Shown in pieces: positions 1 through 8,189 of a stretch of DNA of 45,656 bases; within the stretch, counting starts at the first letter, position 1; each line of letters opens with the position of its first letter. The notes beneath the pieces are model-generated. The model did no database searches. It was not told where the DNA came from and worked only from the letters and a program-made list of their open reading frames with translations. The position numbers were made by a program, and so were the translations under genes. The stretch lies in contig DATAEY010000026.1 in the NCBI GenBank assembly GCA_036257715.1, forward strand, positions 1 through 45,656. The letters are read 5' to 3'. This stretch comes from Solirubrobacteraceae bacterium (GTDB lineage: Bacteria > Actinomycetota > Thermoleophilia > Solirubrobacterales > Solirubrobacteraceae).

Positions 1-225
1 GTTCTTCAGCGTGACCCGGAAGCCCCTGGCCTCGAGCGCCTGCTTGTACAGCTGGCCCAGAACGAACTGCTCGGTGAAGTTCTTCGAGCCCAGCGTGACC
101 GGCGGCCTGCCGGCGCCCGGCTTACCACCCAAGCCCTTCTCCTTGCCGCCGCAGGCCGCCACGCCCGATCCGAGGATCAGCGCCGCCGCGGCCGCGACGG
201 CGGTCCGCTTGGCTGAGACGGTCAC
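1..225 (-). CDS. Osmoprotectant (glycine betaine/choline-type) ABC transporter substrate-binding lipoprotein. Only the N-terminal 75 codons are present because the gene runs off the window.
   Basis: Not in the ORF track. The start is GTG at 225-223, preceded by GGAGAG. My translation is VTVSAKRTAVAAAAALILGSGVAACGGKEKG...VTLGSKNFTEQFVLGQLYKQALEARGFRVTLKN. This is a signal peptide with a lipobox (VAAC) followed by a mature N-terminus typical of OpuBC/OpuCC-like binding proteins. It lies immediately downstream of the two permease genes. Confidence 0.6.
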   Translation of the reverse strand, partial: MTVSAKRTAVAAAAALILGSGVAACGGKEKGLGGKPGAGRPPVTLGSKNFTEQFVLGQLYKQALEARGFRVTLKN

Positions 226-261
226 TGTGCAGCTCTCCGTTCCGGCTTCAAACTCGGCCCG

Positions 262-1011
262 TCAAGTTCCCGCTGGAGGCGGCGTCCCCTGCCCCGGCGC
301 GCTCGCCACCGGGGCCGTGCCAGCGGACCGCGCCGCAGCCGCCGGTGACGGGCCGAGCACCGGCCCCCGCGCGCGCAACCCGCGCGGCGTGGCCAGCCGC
401 TGCGCCACCCCGAGCGCCAGGTCGACGGCGATGGCCAGCGCCGCCACCCAGATCGCGGCGGCGACGACCCCCGGGAACCGGTAGCTGGCCTGGTTGACGA
501 TGATGTCTCCCAGCCCGCCGCCGCCGGCGATCGCGGCAAGCGTGGCGGTCGCCACGACGTAGACGGCGGCGGTGCGAACGCCGGCGAACACCAGCGGCAG
601 GCCGAGCGGCAGCTCGACGCGGGCGAACAGCTCGCGAGCGCTCATGCCCATGCCCCGCGCCGCCTGCACGGCGTCGGGGTCGACCTGCTCGATGGCCACA
701 TAGGCGTTGGTGAGCAGCGGCGGGACGGCGAGCACGACCAGGGCCACCATGACGTTGAGGAATCCCAGCCCCAGCACGCCGATGCCGATCGCGATGACCG
801 CCAGGCTGGGCAGCGCCCTCCCCACGTTGGCGACGTTGATCGCCACGAACGAGCCGCGATGCAGGTGACCGAGCCACATGCCCAGGGGCAGGGCCACCAG
901 CAGCGATATCCCGATCGCCGCGCCGCTGAGCGCCAGCAGCTCGAGTGTCTTGTGGGCGAGGAGCCCCAGGTTGTCGACCATGAATTCGAACGACTCGATG
1001 AAGGCCTGCAT
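262..1011 (-). CDS. ABC transporter permease (osmoprotectant uptake, OpuBB/OpuCD-like)
   Basis: Only the C-terminal 249 aa of track ORF 262..1554 look real: MQAFIESFEF...multi-TM...MGMSARELFARVELPLGLP (binding-protein-dependent transport permease EAA-type loop). The ATG at 1011-1009 is in frame with the track ORF. The upstream 181 aa are Arg/Gly/Pro-rich and overlap the neighbouring gene. Confidence 0.85.
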   Translation of the reverse strand: MQAFIESFEFMVDNLGLLAHKTLELLALSGAAIGISLLVALPLGMWLGHLHRGSFVAINVANVGRALPSLAVIAIGIGVLGLGFLNVMVALVVLAVPPLLTNAYVAIEQVDPDAVQAARGMGMSARELFARVELPLGLPLVFAGVRTAAVYVVATATLAAIAGGGGLGDIIVNQASYRFPGVVAAAIWVAALAIAVDLALGVAQRLATPRGLRARGPVLGPSPAAAARSAGTAPVASAPGQGTPPPAGT

Positions 1012-1025
1012 GCCCGATCGACCCG

Positions 1026-1742
1026 CTACGACGTCCCGGCCGCCGCCCACGGTGTCAGTGCCCGGGCTGCCAGGACCAGCAGCCCGTCGGCCACCAGGGC
1101 CAGTGCGACCGCCAGCGCGCCGGCGGCGATGAACTCGGTCTTGAACGAGCTCTGCAGCGCCGCGAAGATCGGAGCGCCCAGGCCTCGGTCGATCACGAAC
1201 GCCGCCACGGTGGCGAGCGAGATCACGGTGACCGTGGCGATGCGGACGCCCGCCACGACCGCCGGCAGGGCCAGCGGCAGCTCCACCCTCACCAACATCT
1301 GGTTGGCGGTCAGCCCCATGCCGCGAGCGGCCTCGCGCGTCTCCTCGGGCACCTCGCGCAGGCCGGTCAGCACGTTGCGGAAGATGATCAGCAGCGTGTA
1401 GGAGACCAGCGCGATCTCGGCGGTGAGGACGCTGAGGCCGGTGATCGGGACCAGCAGCTGGAACAGGGCCAGGCTCGGGATCGTGTACAGGATGCCCGAT
1501 ACCGTCACGAACGGGCCCTCGAACCACCCGCGCCGATGGGCCACCAGGGCGCACGAGGTGGCGATCACGAACCCGACCGCGACCGCGACGGCGGTCAGGG
1601 CCAGGTGCTGCAGGAGCGCGGGCTGGAAGGTGTCGCCCCAGTGCGCGGAGAACCAGTCCCAGCAGAACGTGCGGTTAGCCCGCGCGCATCCCCCACCCCC
1701 GCCGAAGTCGGGGATCACGGGGCTTGCTGCGGCGACGATCAT
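1026..1742 (-). CDS. ABC transporter permease (osmoprotectant uptake, OpuBB/OpuCB-like)
   Basis: Track ORF of 238 aa with multiple TM helices and the permease loop GMGLTANQMLVRVELPLALP. Its start overlaps the ATPase stop in an ATGA overlap (1739-1742). Confidence 0.85.
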   Translation of the reverse strand: MIVAAASPVIPDFGGGGGCARANRTFCWDWFSAHWGDTFQPALLQHLALTAVAVAVGFVIATSCALVAHRRGWFEGPFVTVSGILYTIPSLALFQLLVPITGLSVLTAEIALVSYTLLIIFRNVLTGLREVPEETREAARGMGLTANQMLVRVELPLALPAVVAGVRIATVTVISLATVAAFVIDRGLGAPIFAALQSSFKTEFIAAGALAVALALVADGLLVLAARALTPWAAAGTS

Positions 1743-2824
1743 GCGGCCGGGGCCCGACGTCCGGCTCCCACCGGGGACGAGAGCGCCCGGGCCATGGTCT
1801 CCAGGCTGACGACGCCGACCGGGCGGCGATCGTCCCCGACCACGGTGAGCGGCCGGCCGCCGTGGCTGAGCATCATCGCGAGGGCGTCCCGCAACGGCGT
1901 GGACAGGAGCGCGCTCGGGCGATCGGGGGCGTCCGCCTCCGCCGGCTCGAGCTCGAGGTCGGCGAGCGCCATCAGCGACAGGCGCTTGAGCCCCCGATCC
2001 GTGCCGACGAACCGACCGACGAAGTCGTCGGCGGGCGAGGTCAGCACCTCGTCGGGCGCCGCGTACTGGGCGAGGACGCCGCCCTCGCGCAGGATGGCAA
2101 TGCGGTCGCCCATCTTGATCGCCTCGTCGATGTCGTGGGTCACGAAGATGACCGTTTTGCGGATCGCGTGATGCAGGCGCAGGAACTCGTCCTGCAGCCT
2201 CGCCCGCGTGATCGGGTCGAGCGCACCGAAGGGCTCGTCCATCAGCATCAGCGGCGGGTCCGCCGCCATCGCCCGCGCCAGCCCGACGCGCTGGCGCTGG
2301 CCGCCGGACAGCTCGGCCGGATAGCGATCCAGGTCCTGGGCGGGGTCTAACCCGACCAGCTCGACCAGCTCTTGGGCGCGAGCCCGGATGTGCGGCCGAT
2401 CCCAGCCGAGCAGCCGCGGCACCGTGCCGATGTTCAGCGCCACCGTCATGTGCGGGAACAGCCCGACCTGCTGGATGACGTATCCGATCCGCCGCCGCAG
2501 CCGGGTGGCGTCGAGCGATCGCACGCTGGTGCCGTCGATCCGGATGTCGCCCTCGGTGATGTCGATCAGCCGGTTGACCATCCGCATGGCGGTGGTCTTG
2601 CCGGCCCCCGAGGGGCCGACCAGCACGCAGATCTCGCCGGCCGGCACGGTCAGCGATAGGGAACTGACCGCCGGCTCGGCCCGCCGCGGATAGCGCTTGG
2701 TCACGGCGTCGAAGACGATTTCGGACGCCCGCCCGGCGCCGGCAGCGGGGATCGCGGCGGCCGAGGCGTTGCTGAGGGGCTTCGTCACGGTGGTGGGCGG
2801 TCGGCCGCTGCCGACCGGTCCCAT
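1739..2824 (-). CDS. Osmoprotectant ABC transporter ATP-binding protein with a C-terminal CBS pair (OpuCA/ProV-like)
   Basis: Walker A GPSGAGKTT, ABC signature LSGGQRQRVGLARA and Walker B LMLMDEPFGALD are present. The C-terminal ~110 aa resemble a CBS domain. The start is uncertain: ATG 2824, or the in-frame GTG 12 codons downstream. Confidence 0.9.
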   Translation of the reverse strand: MGPVGSGRPPTTVTKPLSNASAAAIPAAGAGRASEIVFDAVTKRYPRRAEPAVSSLSLTVPAGEICVLVGPSGAGKTTAMRMVNRLIDITEGDIRIDGTSVRSLDATRLRRRIGYVIQQVGLFPHMTVALNIGTVPRLLGWDRPHIRARAQELVELVGLDPAQDLDRYPAELSGGQRQRVGLARAMAADPPLMLMDEPFGALDPITRARLQDEFLRLHHAIRKTVIFVTHDIDEAIKMGDRIAILREGGVLAQYAAPDEVLTSPADDFVGRFVGTDRGLKRLSLMALADLELEPAEADAPDRPSALLSTPLRDALAMMLSHGGRPLTVVGDDRRPVGVVSLETMARALSSPVGAGRRAPAA

Positions 2825-2860
2825 CGTATCCGCCGCCCGCGGCGGTCCGGCTCGATCCGC

Positions 2861-3292
2861 TCAGCGGCCGCTGGAGCCGAAGCCTCGCCCGGCCCGCCGG
2901 CTGGCGCCCAGGTCGGCCACCTCGACGGGCTCGGCCGGCTCGGCCCGGACGATCACCAGCTGGGCGATCCGGTCCCCCACCGCCACCGAGAACCGCTCGT
3001 GGCGGTCGGTGTTGAGCAGCAGGACGCGCACCTCCCCGCGGTAGCCGGCGTCGATCAGCCCCGGCGCGTTGACCAGGGCGATCCCATGCCTGGCCGCCAG
3101 GCCGGACCGCGGGAGCACCAGCCCGGCGTGGCCCTCGGGCAGCTCGATCGCGATCCCCGTCCCGACCGAGGACCGCCCGCCGGGCTCTATGGCCGCCTCC
3201 TCGGCGGCGTGGAGGTCCAGGCCGGCGTCGCCGTCGTAGGAGCGGGCGGGCACCGTGGCGGCGTGCGACAGCCGGCGCACGGCCAGCCTCAT
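2861..3292 (-). CDS. dut: dUTP diphosphatase
   Basis: The last 143 aa of track ORF 2861..4318 read MRLAVRRLSHAATVPARSYDGDAGLDL...NAPGLIDAGYRGEV...GDRIAQLV...RGFGSSGR, which covers the dUTPase motifs. The ATG at 3292 forms an ATGA overlap with the hflX stop. Confidence 0.9.
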   Translation of the reverse strand: MRLAVRRLSHAATVPARSYDGDAGLDLHAAEEAAIEPGGRSSVGTGIAIELPEGHAGLVLPRSGLAARHGIALVNAPGLIDAGYRGEVRVLLLNTDRHERFSVAVGDRIAQLVIVRAEPAEPVEVADLGASRRAGRGFGSSGR

Positions 3293-4587
3293 CGGCGTCC
3301 GTTCACCGCGAAGCGCTCGTAGCGGGCGGCCACCGCGGCGGGCAGCCGAGCGACCACCCGGACACCCTCGGCGGTGTCCTCGCGCTGCAGGCTTTCGGCC
3401 ACCGAGTGCAGCTCGGCCAGCCGACGACCCTCCCGGTAGGGGAGCAGCAGCTCGACCGAGCTCAGCGCCCGCCGGAACTCGGTCTCGATCCGCTCGACCA
3501 GGGAGTCGATCCCCTCGCCGGTGACCGCGGACACAGCGGGGCCGTCGCGGTCGCGCAGGCGCAGGTCGTGGCGCCGGTCGTCGCCGACCAGGTCCAGCTT
3601 GTTGAACGCCACGACGCGCGACGCGGCGCCAGCGCCGATCTCCGCGAGCACTTCGTCGACGGCGCCCATCATCCGGTCGAGCTCGGCCTCGGCCACCGAC
3701 GCGTCCACCACGTGGACGATGAGGTCCGCGCGGCGGGTCTCCTCGAGCGTCGCGCCGAACGCGTCGACCAGCTGGTGGGGCAGCTTGCGGATGAAGCCGA
3801 CCGTGTCGGTGACCAGCACCGCGCGGCCGGCGAGCGGAAGGGTTCGCGTGGTCGGGTCCAGCGTGTGGAAGGGACGGTCGGCCACCCCGGCCGAGGCGCC
3901 CGTCAGGGCATTGAGGAGGCTGGACTTGCCGGCGTTCGTGTATCCCGCCAGCGCGATCCGGGGCAGGCCGGCGCGCTCGCGCTCGGCCCGCATGACCTGG
4001 CGCGACGCCCCCACCCGACGCAGGCGGCGGCGCAGGGCGGCGATCCGGTCGCGGGCTAGGCGGCGGTCGGTCTCGATCTGCGTCTCCCCCGGCCCCCGGG
4101 TCCCGATTCCGCCGCCGAGGCGCTCGAGGTGGCTCCACAGCCCCCTCATGCGGGCGAGGTTGTACTCGAGCTGCGCCAGCTCGACCTGGAGCTTGCCCTC
4201 GGCGGAGTGGGCGTGGTCGGCGAAGATGTCGAGGATCACCGCGGTGCGGTCGACGACCGGCACCCCGAGCGCCTCCTCCAGGTTTCGCTCCTGGCGGGGC
4301 GTCAGCTCGTCGTCGCACGCCACCAGGTTGGCGTCGTGGCGGCGGATGGCGGCTCGCAGCTCCTCCACCTTTCCCGGTCCCAGGTAGGTGTTGGCGTGGG
4401 GATGCTCACGGTGCTGCACCAGCTCGGCGGCCGCGGCCACGCCGGCCGTGCGCAGCAGCTCGCGCAGCTCGGCCAGGTCGTCGCCGGCCGCAACGCAGGC
4501 CACGCAGACGGCGCGCTGGCGGGCCCGTCCGGGCCGCTCGGGGGATATCGGGCGGGGCGACCTGCGTCCGTTTCGGCGACGATGCAC
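3289..4587 (-). CDS. hflX: GTPase HflX
   Basis: The HflX N-domain (GKVEELRAAI...DDELTPRQERNLEEALG..VVDRTAVILDIFA.HA.SAEGKLQVELAQL.Y) is followed by the G domain (GYTNAGKSSLLNALTG, DTVGFI, NKLD). The start is GTG at 4587, with TACAAT 8 nt upstream. Confidence 0.9.
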   Translation of the reverse strand: MHRRRNGRRSPRPISPERPGRARQRAVCVACVAAGDDLAELRELLRTAGVAAAAELVQHREHPHANTYLGPGKVEELRAAIRRHDANLVACDDELTPRQERNLEEALGVPVVDRTAVILDIFADHAHSAEGKLQVELAQLEYNLARMRGLWSHLERLGGGIGTRGPGETQIETDRRLARDRIAALRRRLRRVGASRQVMRAERERAGLPRIALAGYTNAGKSSLLNALTGASAGVADRPFHTLDPTTRTLPLAGRAVLVTDTVGFIRKLPHQLVDAFGATLEETRRADLIVHVVDASVAEAELDRMMGAVDEVLAEIGAGAASRVVAFNKLDLVGDDRRHDLRLRDRDGPAVSAVTGEGIDSLVERIETEFRRALSSVELLLPYREGRRLAELHSVAESLQREDTAEGVRVVARLPAAVAARYERFAVNGRR

Positions 4588-4595
4588 TCGCCGGA

Positions 4596-4601
4596 ATTGT
4601 A
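4596..4601 (-). promoter_or_regulatory. Candidate -10 (TACAAT) giving a leaderless or near-leaderless hflX mRNA
   Basis: TACAAT lies 8 nt upstream of the GTG at 4587, and there is no SD between them. Confidence 0.35.
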
Positions 4602-4627
4602 AGGCGCAGGGTTCGATGCCCGGGCCG

Positions 4628-5212
4628 TCAGGACGGGACCGCGATCTCGCCGCCGAACAGCGTGCAGCCCCCGGCTGCGTGCAGGCGCGCGGTCAGCGCC
4701 GCCCCGATCGCGTCACGGCCGTCCTGCCCGACGCGGGCGGGCACCCCTCGCAGATCGCAGGCGGCGAGCGCCCGGCGCGACCAGCCGGCGCGGGTCTGGC
4801 GACCGCGCGGGCCCGCCCACCGCGTCCAGGAGGCGGTGGGATAGCACTCGACCGACGCGAGGCCAGCGTCCTCCAGTACCCGGTAGAGGGCGAGGCCGTG
4901 ACGGACCCACTCGTGGTAGCGCCCGCGCCGAAGACGACGGGCGTCCGGGGTGAAGCGGATCGCGCAGATCCCGGCGGCGGCGAACTCGCGCTCGGCGGGC
5001 CGCGACGCGAAACCCCGCGGCGCCGCCCGTCGCGGGCCGTCGACGGCCACAAGGAGCGGGCGCCGCGGCGCCAGGGCCTCCACCACGTCCTCGGGTCGCG
5101 CCAGGCGCCACGGGCCGCCCACCAGCCGCCGGTCGTCGACCAGGGCGACATGGAAGCCCTTGCGACGCCCGCCGACGTCCACGCCGGCCCACACGGCGCT
5201 CCCGCGCGCCAC
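4628..5212 (-). CDS. DUF429-family protein (predicted RNase H-fold nuclease)
   Basis: Track ORF of 194 aa. The N-terminal WAGVDVGGRRKGFHVALVDD and C-terminal DGRDAIGAALTARL patterns resemble DUF429. This assignment is from memory of the family, not from a search. Confidence 0.5.
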   Translation of the reverse strand: MARGSAVWAGVDVGGRRKGFHVALVDDRRLVGGPWRLARPEDVVEALAPRRPLLVAVDGPRRAAPRGFASRPAEREFAAAGICAIRFTPDARRLRRGRYHEWVRHGLALYRVLEDAGLASVECYPTASWTRWAGPRGRQTRAGWSRRALAACDLRGVPARVGQDGRDAIGAALTARLHAAGGCTLFGGEIAVPS

Positions 5213-5216
5213 GGCG

Positions 5217-6383
5217 CTAGCGCGCCAGCGCGCCCAGCCGCTCGACCGCCTCCAGCAGCCGGTCGTCGGGCGTGGTGAGCGAGATGCGGAAGAAGCCCTC
5301 CCCGCCGGGGCCGTACGCCCCGCCCGGGGAGAGCGCGACGCCGGCCCGGTCGAGCACGTGCTCGCAGTAGGCCTCCGAGGACTCGAACCCGTCGGGGACG
5401 GGCGCCCACACGTAGATCGTGGCCTTCGGCGGGGTGACCTGGACCCCGATGCGCCTCAGGGCGTCGCACACCAGGTCCCGGCGGCGGCGATAGAGCTCAT
5501 TCATCGAGGCGACCTCCGCGTCGCCGTCCGGCGACAGCGCGGCGGCTCCGGCCAGCTGGACCGCGTCGAAGTTGCCCGAGTCGACGTTCGACTTCAGGCG
5601 CCAGTACGAGCTGATGGCGTCGCGGTTGCCCACGATCGCCGCGCAGCGCCAGCCGGTCATGTTGTAGCCCTTGGAGAGCGAGAAGACCTCGACCCCCACC
5701 TCGAGCGCACCGGGCGTGGCCAGGAACGACGGGGCGCGGTAGCCATCGAACGTCGTCTCGGAGTAGGCGTTGTCGTGGACGACCAGCAGCTCATTGGCGC
5801 GCGCGAAGTCGACCACCGCGGAGAAGAAGCCCCGCGGAGCGACGGCACCGGTCGGGTTGTTCGGGTAGCTGAGGTACATGAGCCTGGCCCGCTCGCGGTC
5901 GCGCGCCGGTATGGCTTCCAGGTCCGGCACGAACCCGCGCTCGGGCAGCAGCGGCATCAGCACCGGGTCGGCGCCGACCAGCAGCGGACCGCCGGTGTAG
6001 ACCGGATATCCCGGGTCGGCGGCCAGCGCCACGTCGCCCGGATCCAGGAAGGCCAGGTTGAGATTGAAGATGCACTCCTTGGCGCCGATCGCCGGCATCA
6101 CCTCGGTGTCGGCATCCAGCTCGACGTCGAAGCGCCGGGCGTAGAAGTCGCTGACCGCGGTGCGGAACTCCCACCGCCCCCGGTTGGTGGGGTAGCGGTG
6201 CGTCCCGGGGTCGGCGACGGCCTCCTGCATCGCCTCGACCACCAGCGGCGGCGTCGGCCGGTCCGGGTCTCCGATGCCCAGCGAGATCACGTCCACGCCG
6301 GCGGCTTGCTTGGAGGCGATCTTGCGCTCCAGCTCCGCGAACACGTAGGGCGGTATGCGCTCCAGGCGACCGCTATGCCTCAT
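5217..6383 (-). CDS. dapL: LL-diaminopimelate aminotransferase (DapL-type class I aminotransferase)
   Basis: RIPPYVFAELERK...GVDVISLGIGDPDRPTP...YPNNPTGAVA...HDNAYSE..FDGY...FSLSKGYNMTGWR...SNVDSG matches the DapL pattern, including the PLP-lysine motif SLSK.YNMTGWR. It overlaps dapF by 11 nt. Confidence 0.8.
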   Translation of the reverse strand: MRHSGRLERIPPYVFAELERKIASKQAAGVDVISLGIGDPDRPTPPLVVEAMQEAVADPGTHRYPTNRGRWEFRTAVSDFYARRFDVELDADTEVMPAIGAKECIFNLNLAFLDPGDVALAADPGYPVYTGGPLLVGADPVLMPLLPERGFVPDLEAIPARDRERARLMYLSYPNNPTGAVAPRGFFSAVVDFARANELLVVHDNAYSETTFDGYRAPSFLATPGALEVGVEVFSLSKGYNMTGWRCAAIVGNRDAISSYWRLKSNVDSGNFDAVQLAGAAALSPDGDAEVASMNELYRRRRDLVCDALRRIGVQVTPPKATIYVWAPVPDGFESSEAYCEHVLDRAGVALSPGGAYGPGGEGFFRISLTTPDDRLLEAVERLGALAR

Positions 6384-7230
6384 TCGCCAGCTCCTGCACC
6401 AGCTCGTCGGCCAGCTGCGCGCGGTACACCGGGACCGCCCAGCCGGTGAGACGGATCTCCAGCGTCTCGGAGACGTCCACCCGGAGCTCGCCGCCGTCCA
6501 GGCGCGCCGTCACCGGGCTGCGGCCGCCGTCCAGCACGTACGCCACCGCCGCCCCGGCTGCGCCGGTCCCCGACGACAGGGTCTCCCCCACCCCGCGCTC
6601 GAAGATCCGCACTCGGATCTTCCCGGGTGAGACCTCCGCGAACCAGGAGACGTTCGTGCGGCCGGGGAACAGCGGGTGGCGCTCGATCTGAGGGCCCAGC
6701 GCGCCCAGGTCGAGACGCTCGAGCTCGTCCAGGGCCACCGCGATCGCGCACTGGGGATTGCCGACCGTGATCTGGCGAAAGCGCCATTCTCGACCGCCGG
6801 CCATGAGGGCGCCGGTTCCCTCCTCCCCTCCGGCCTCCCCTCCGGGCGAGCCCAGGGTCGCCCTCCCCAGGTCCAGCCGGCAGGTGGTCGGGCCGGTGAT
6901 CGTGGGTCGGATCTCGCCCGCGGCGGTCTGGACCGAGAAGGCGTCCGCATCGGTCCAGCCCGAGCGGCGCAGGTACATGACGGCCTGGCGGGCGCCGTTG
7001 CCCGAGAGCTCGGCCTCCGAGCCGTCCGGGTTGAATATCCGCAGCCGCGCCACGTGGCCGGGATCGTCAGCCGGCGCGAGCAGGAGCACCCCGTCGGCGC
7101 CGATTCCCAGGTGGCGGTGGCAGATCCGGCGCACCCGCGCGGCGGTCAGCTCCCAGGGCAGCTCGCCGGCCTCGACGATGACGTAGTCGTTGCCGAGCGC
7201 CTGCCACTTCTCGAACCTGGCGGTCCGCAT
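6373..7230 (-). CDS. dapF: Diaminopimelate epimerase homolog with atypical active-site residues
   Basis: ALGNDYVIVE, RIFNPDGSEAELSGNGAR, VGNPQCAIAV and FERGVGETLSSGTGAAGAA are collinear with DapF. Both positions that hold the catalytic Cys in characterised enzymes are Ser here (see findings). Confidence 0.8.
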   Translation of the reverse strand: MRTARFEKWQALGNDYVIVEAGELPWELTAARVRRICHRHLGIGADGVLLLAPADDPGHVARLRIFNPDGSEAELSGNGARQAVMYLRRSGWTDADAFSVQTAAGEIRPTITGPTTCRLDLGRATLGSPGGEAGGEEGTGALMAGGREWRFRQITVGNPQCAIAVALDELERLDLGALGPQIERHPLFPGRTNVSWFAEVSPGKIRVRIFERGVGETLSSGTGAAGAAVAYVLDGGRSPVTARLDGGELRVDVSETLEIRLTGWAVPVYRAQLADELVQELANEA

Positions 7231-7257
7231 GCTCCTTCGATACCAGGTTCCGTCCGC

Positions 7258-8169
7258 TCACGACGGTGCGGCCAGCTCGTCGATCTCGGCCGCCACGTCC
7301 TGCGGCTCGCGCCCGGAGACGTCGATGAGGGTCAGGCCGGCCAGTTTGCGCATCCAGGTGAGCTGGCGCTTGGCGTAGCGCCGGGTGGCGCGCTTCATCG
7401 CCTCCACGTCGCCGGCAAGCAGCTCCTGGTAGCCCAGCGCCTGGCGCGCGGTGTCAGACGCGCCGCGGGCCTGCGCGCGCAGCACCTGCTGGCGCGCGCC
7501 GGCTGCCACCATCGCGTCGACGCGCGCGTCCAGCCGGGGGTGCAGCCGCGCCCGGTCCATCACCAGGCCGGCCAGCAGGGTTGGATGGCGTACCTCCTCG
7601 GTCCACAGCTGGGACTCGCGCGGGGGCGGCGCCAGCTGCCCCGTCTCCAGGAGCTCGAGCGCGCGGACCAGCCTGCGGCCGTCGCCTGGGTGGATCCGCT
7701 CGGCCGACCAGGGAGCGCGGCGCAGCAGCTGCCGGTGCATCTCGCCGGGACCTTGCCGCTCCAGCGCCGCCTCCCAGCGCTCACGCACCCCGGTTCTCGG
7801 CGGCGGCGGCAGGTCGAGGTCGGTAAGCGCCGCCCGCAGGTAGAGCCCCGTCCCCCCCACCACGATCGGGCGCCGCCCAGCCGCCAGCAGCTCGTCGATC
7901 TCGGCGTGGGCAAGCTGGGCGTACTGGCCGACGCTGAACCGGGCGTCGATCGGGACGAAGGACACCAGCCGGTGCTCGAGCCGCTCGCGCTCCGGGCCGG
8001 TCGGGGCGCCGGTGAGGATCTCCAGGCCGGCGTAGACCGCCAGTGCATCCGCGGACACCGCCACCGGCCGCTCACCACGCCGGCGCAGACGCTCGGCCAG
8101 CGCGATGGCCACCGCGGTCTTGCCCACGCCGGTGGGCCCGAACACCGCGATGAGCGCGGGGGCCGGCAC
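7258..8169 (-). CDS. miaA: tRNA dimethylallyltransferase
   Basis: The P-loop FGPTGVGKTAVAIALA, YAGLEILTGAP and VGGTGLYLRA are present. I start it at the in-frame GTG 8169 (VPAPALIAVFGPTGVGKT). The 56 codons upstream in track ORF 7258..8337 are Arg/Pro-rich and overlap the divergent FIST gene. Confidence 0.85.
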   Translation of the reverse strand: MPAPALIAVFGPTGVGKTAVAIALAERLRRRGERPVAVSADALAVYAGLEILTGAPTGPERERLEHRLVSFVPIDARFSVGQYAQLAHAEIDELLAAGRRPIVVGGTGLYLRAALTDLDLPPPPRTGVRERWEAALERQGPGEMHRQLLRRAPWSAERIHPGDGRRLVRALELLETGQLAPPPRESQLWTEEVRHPTLLAGLVMDRARLHPRLDARVDAMVAAGARQQVLRAQARGASDTARQALGYQELLAGDVEAMKRATRRYAKRQLTWMRKLAGLTLIDVSGREPQDVAAEIDELAAPS

Positions 8170-8177
8170 GTGCGGAG

Positions 8178-8183
8178 TATCGT
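8178..8183 (+). promoter_or_regulatory. Candidate -10 (TATCGT) giving a leaderless FIST-gene mRNA
   Basis: TATCGT lies 6 nt upstream of ATG 8190. The miaA-FIST divergent spacer is only 20 bp, so the promoter must lie in or next to the miaA 5' end. Confidence 0.35.
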
Positions 8184-8189
8184 CAAGCC

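Noticed and set aside
2861-4318. N-terminal extensions in the ORF track: dut as 485 aa, pnp as 797 aa, infB as 990 aa, ylxR as 227 aa, dapB as 535 aa, thpR as 240 aa, miaA as 359 aa, and the DsbA-like gene as 250 aa.
   Set aside because: The extensions overlap the upstream gene, are Arg/Pro-rich and lie upstream of the family-typical N-terminus. Internal ATG or GTG starts with an SD or a 4-nt overlap explain the genes better.
4609-4620. GGGTTCGATGCC, which resembles a tRNA T-loop (GGTTCGAnnCC), in the hflX/DUF429 spacer.
   Set aside because: The flanking bases cannot form a 5-bp T-stem, only 3 bp. The 40-bp spacer has no acceptor, D or anticodon arms.
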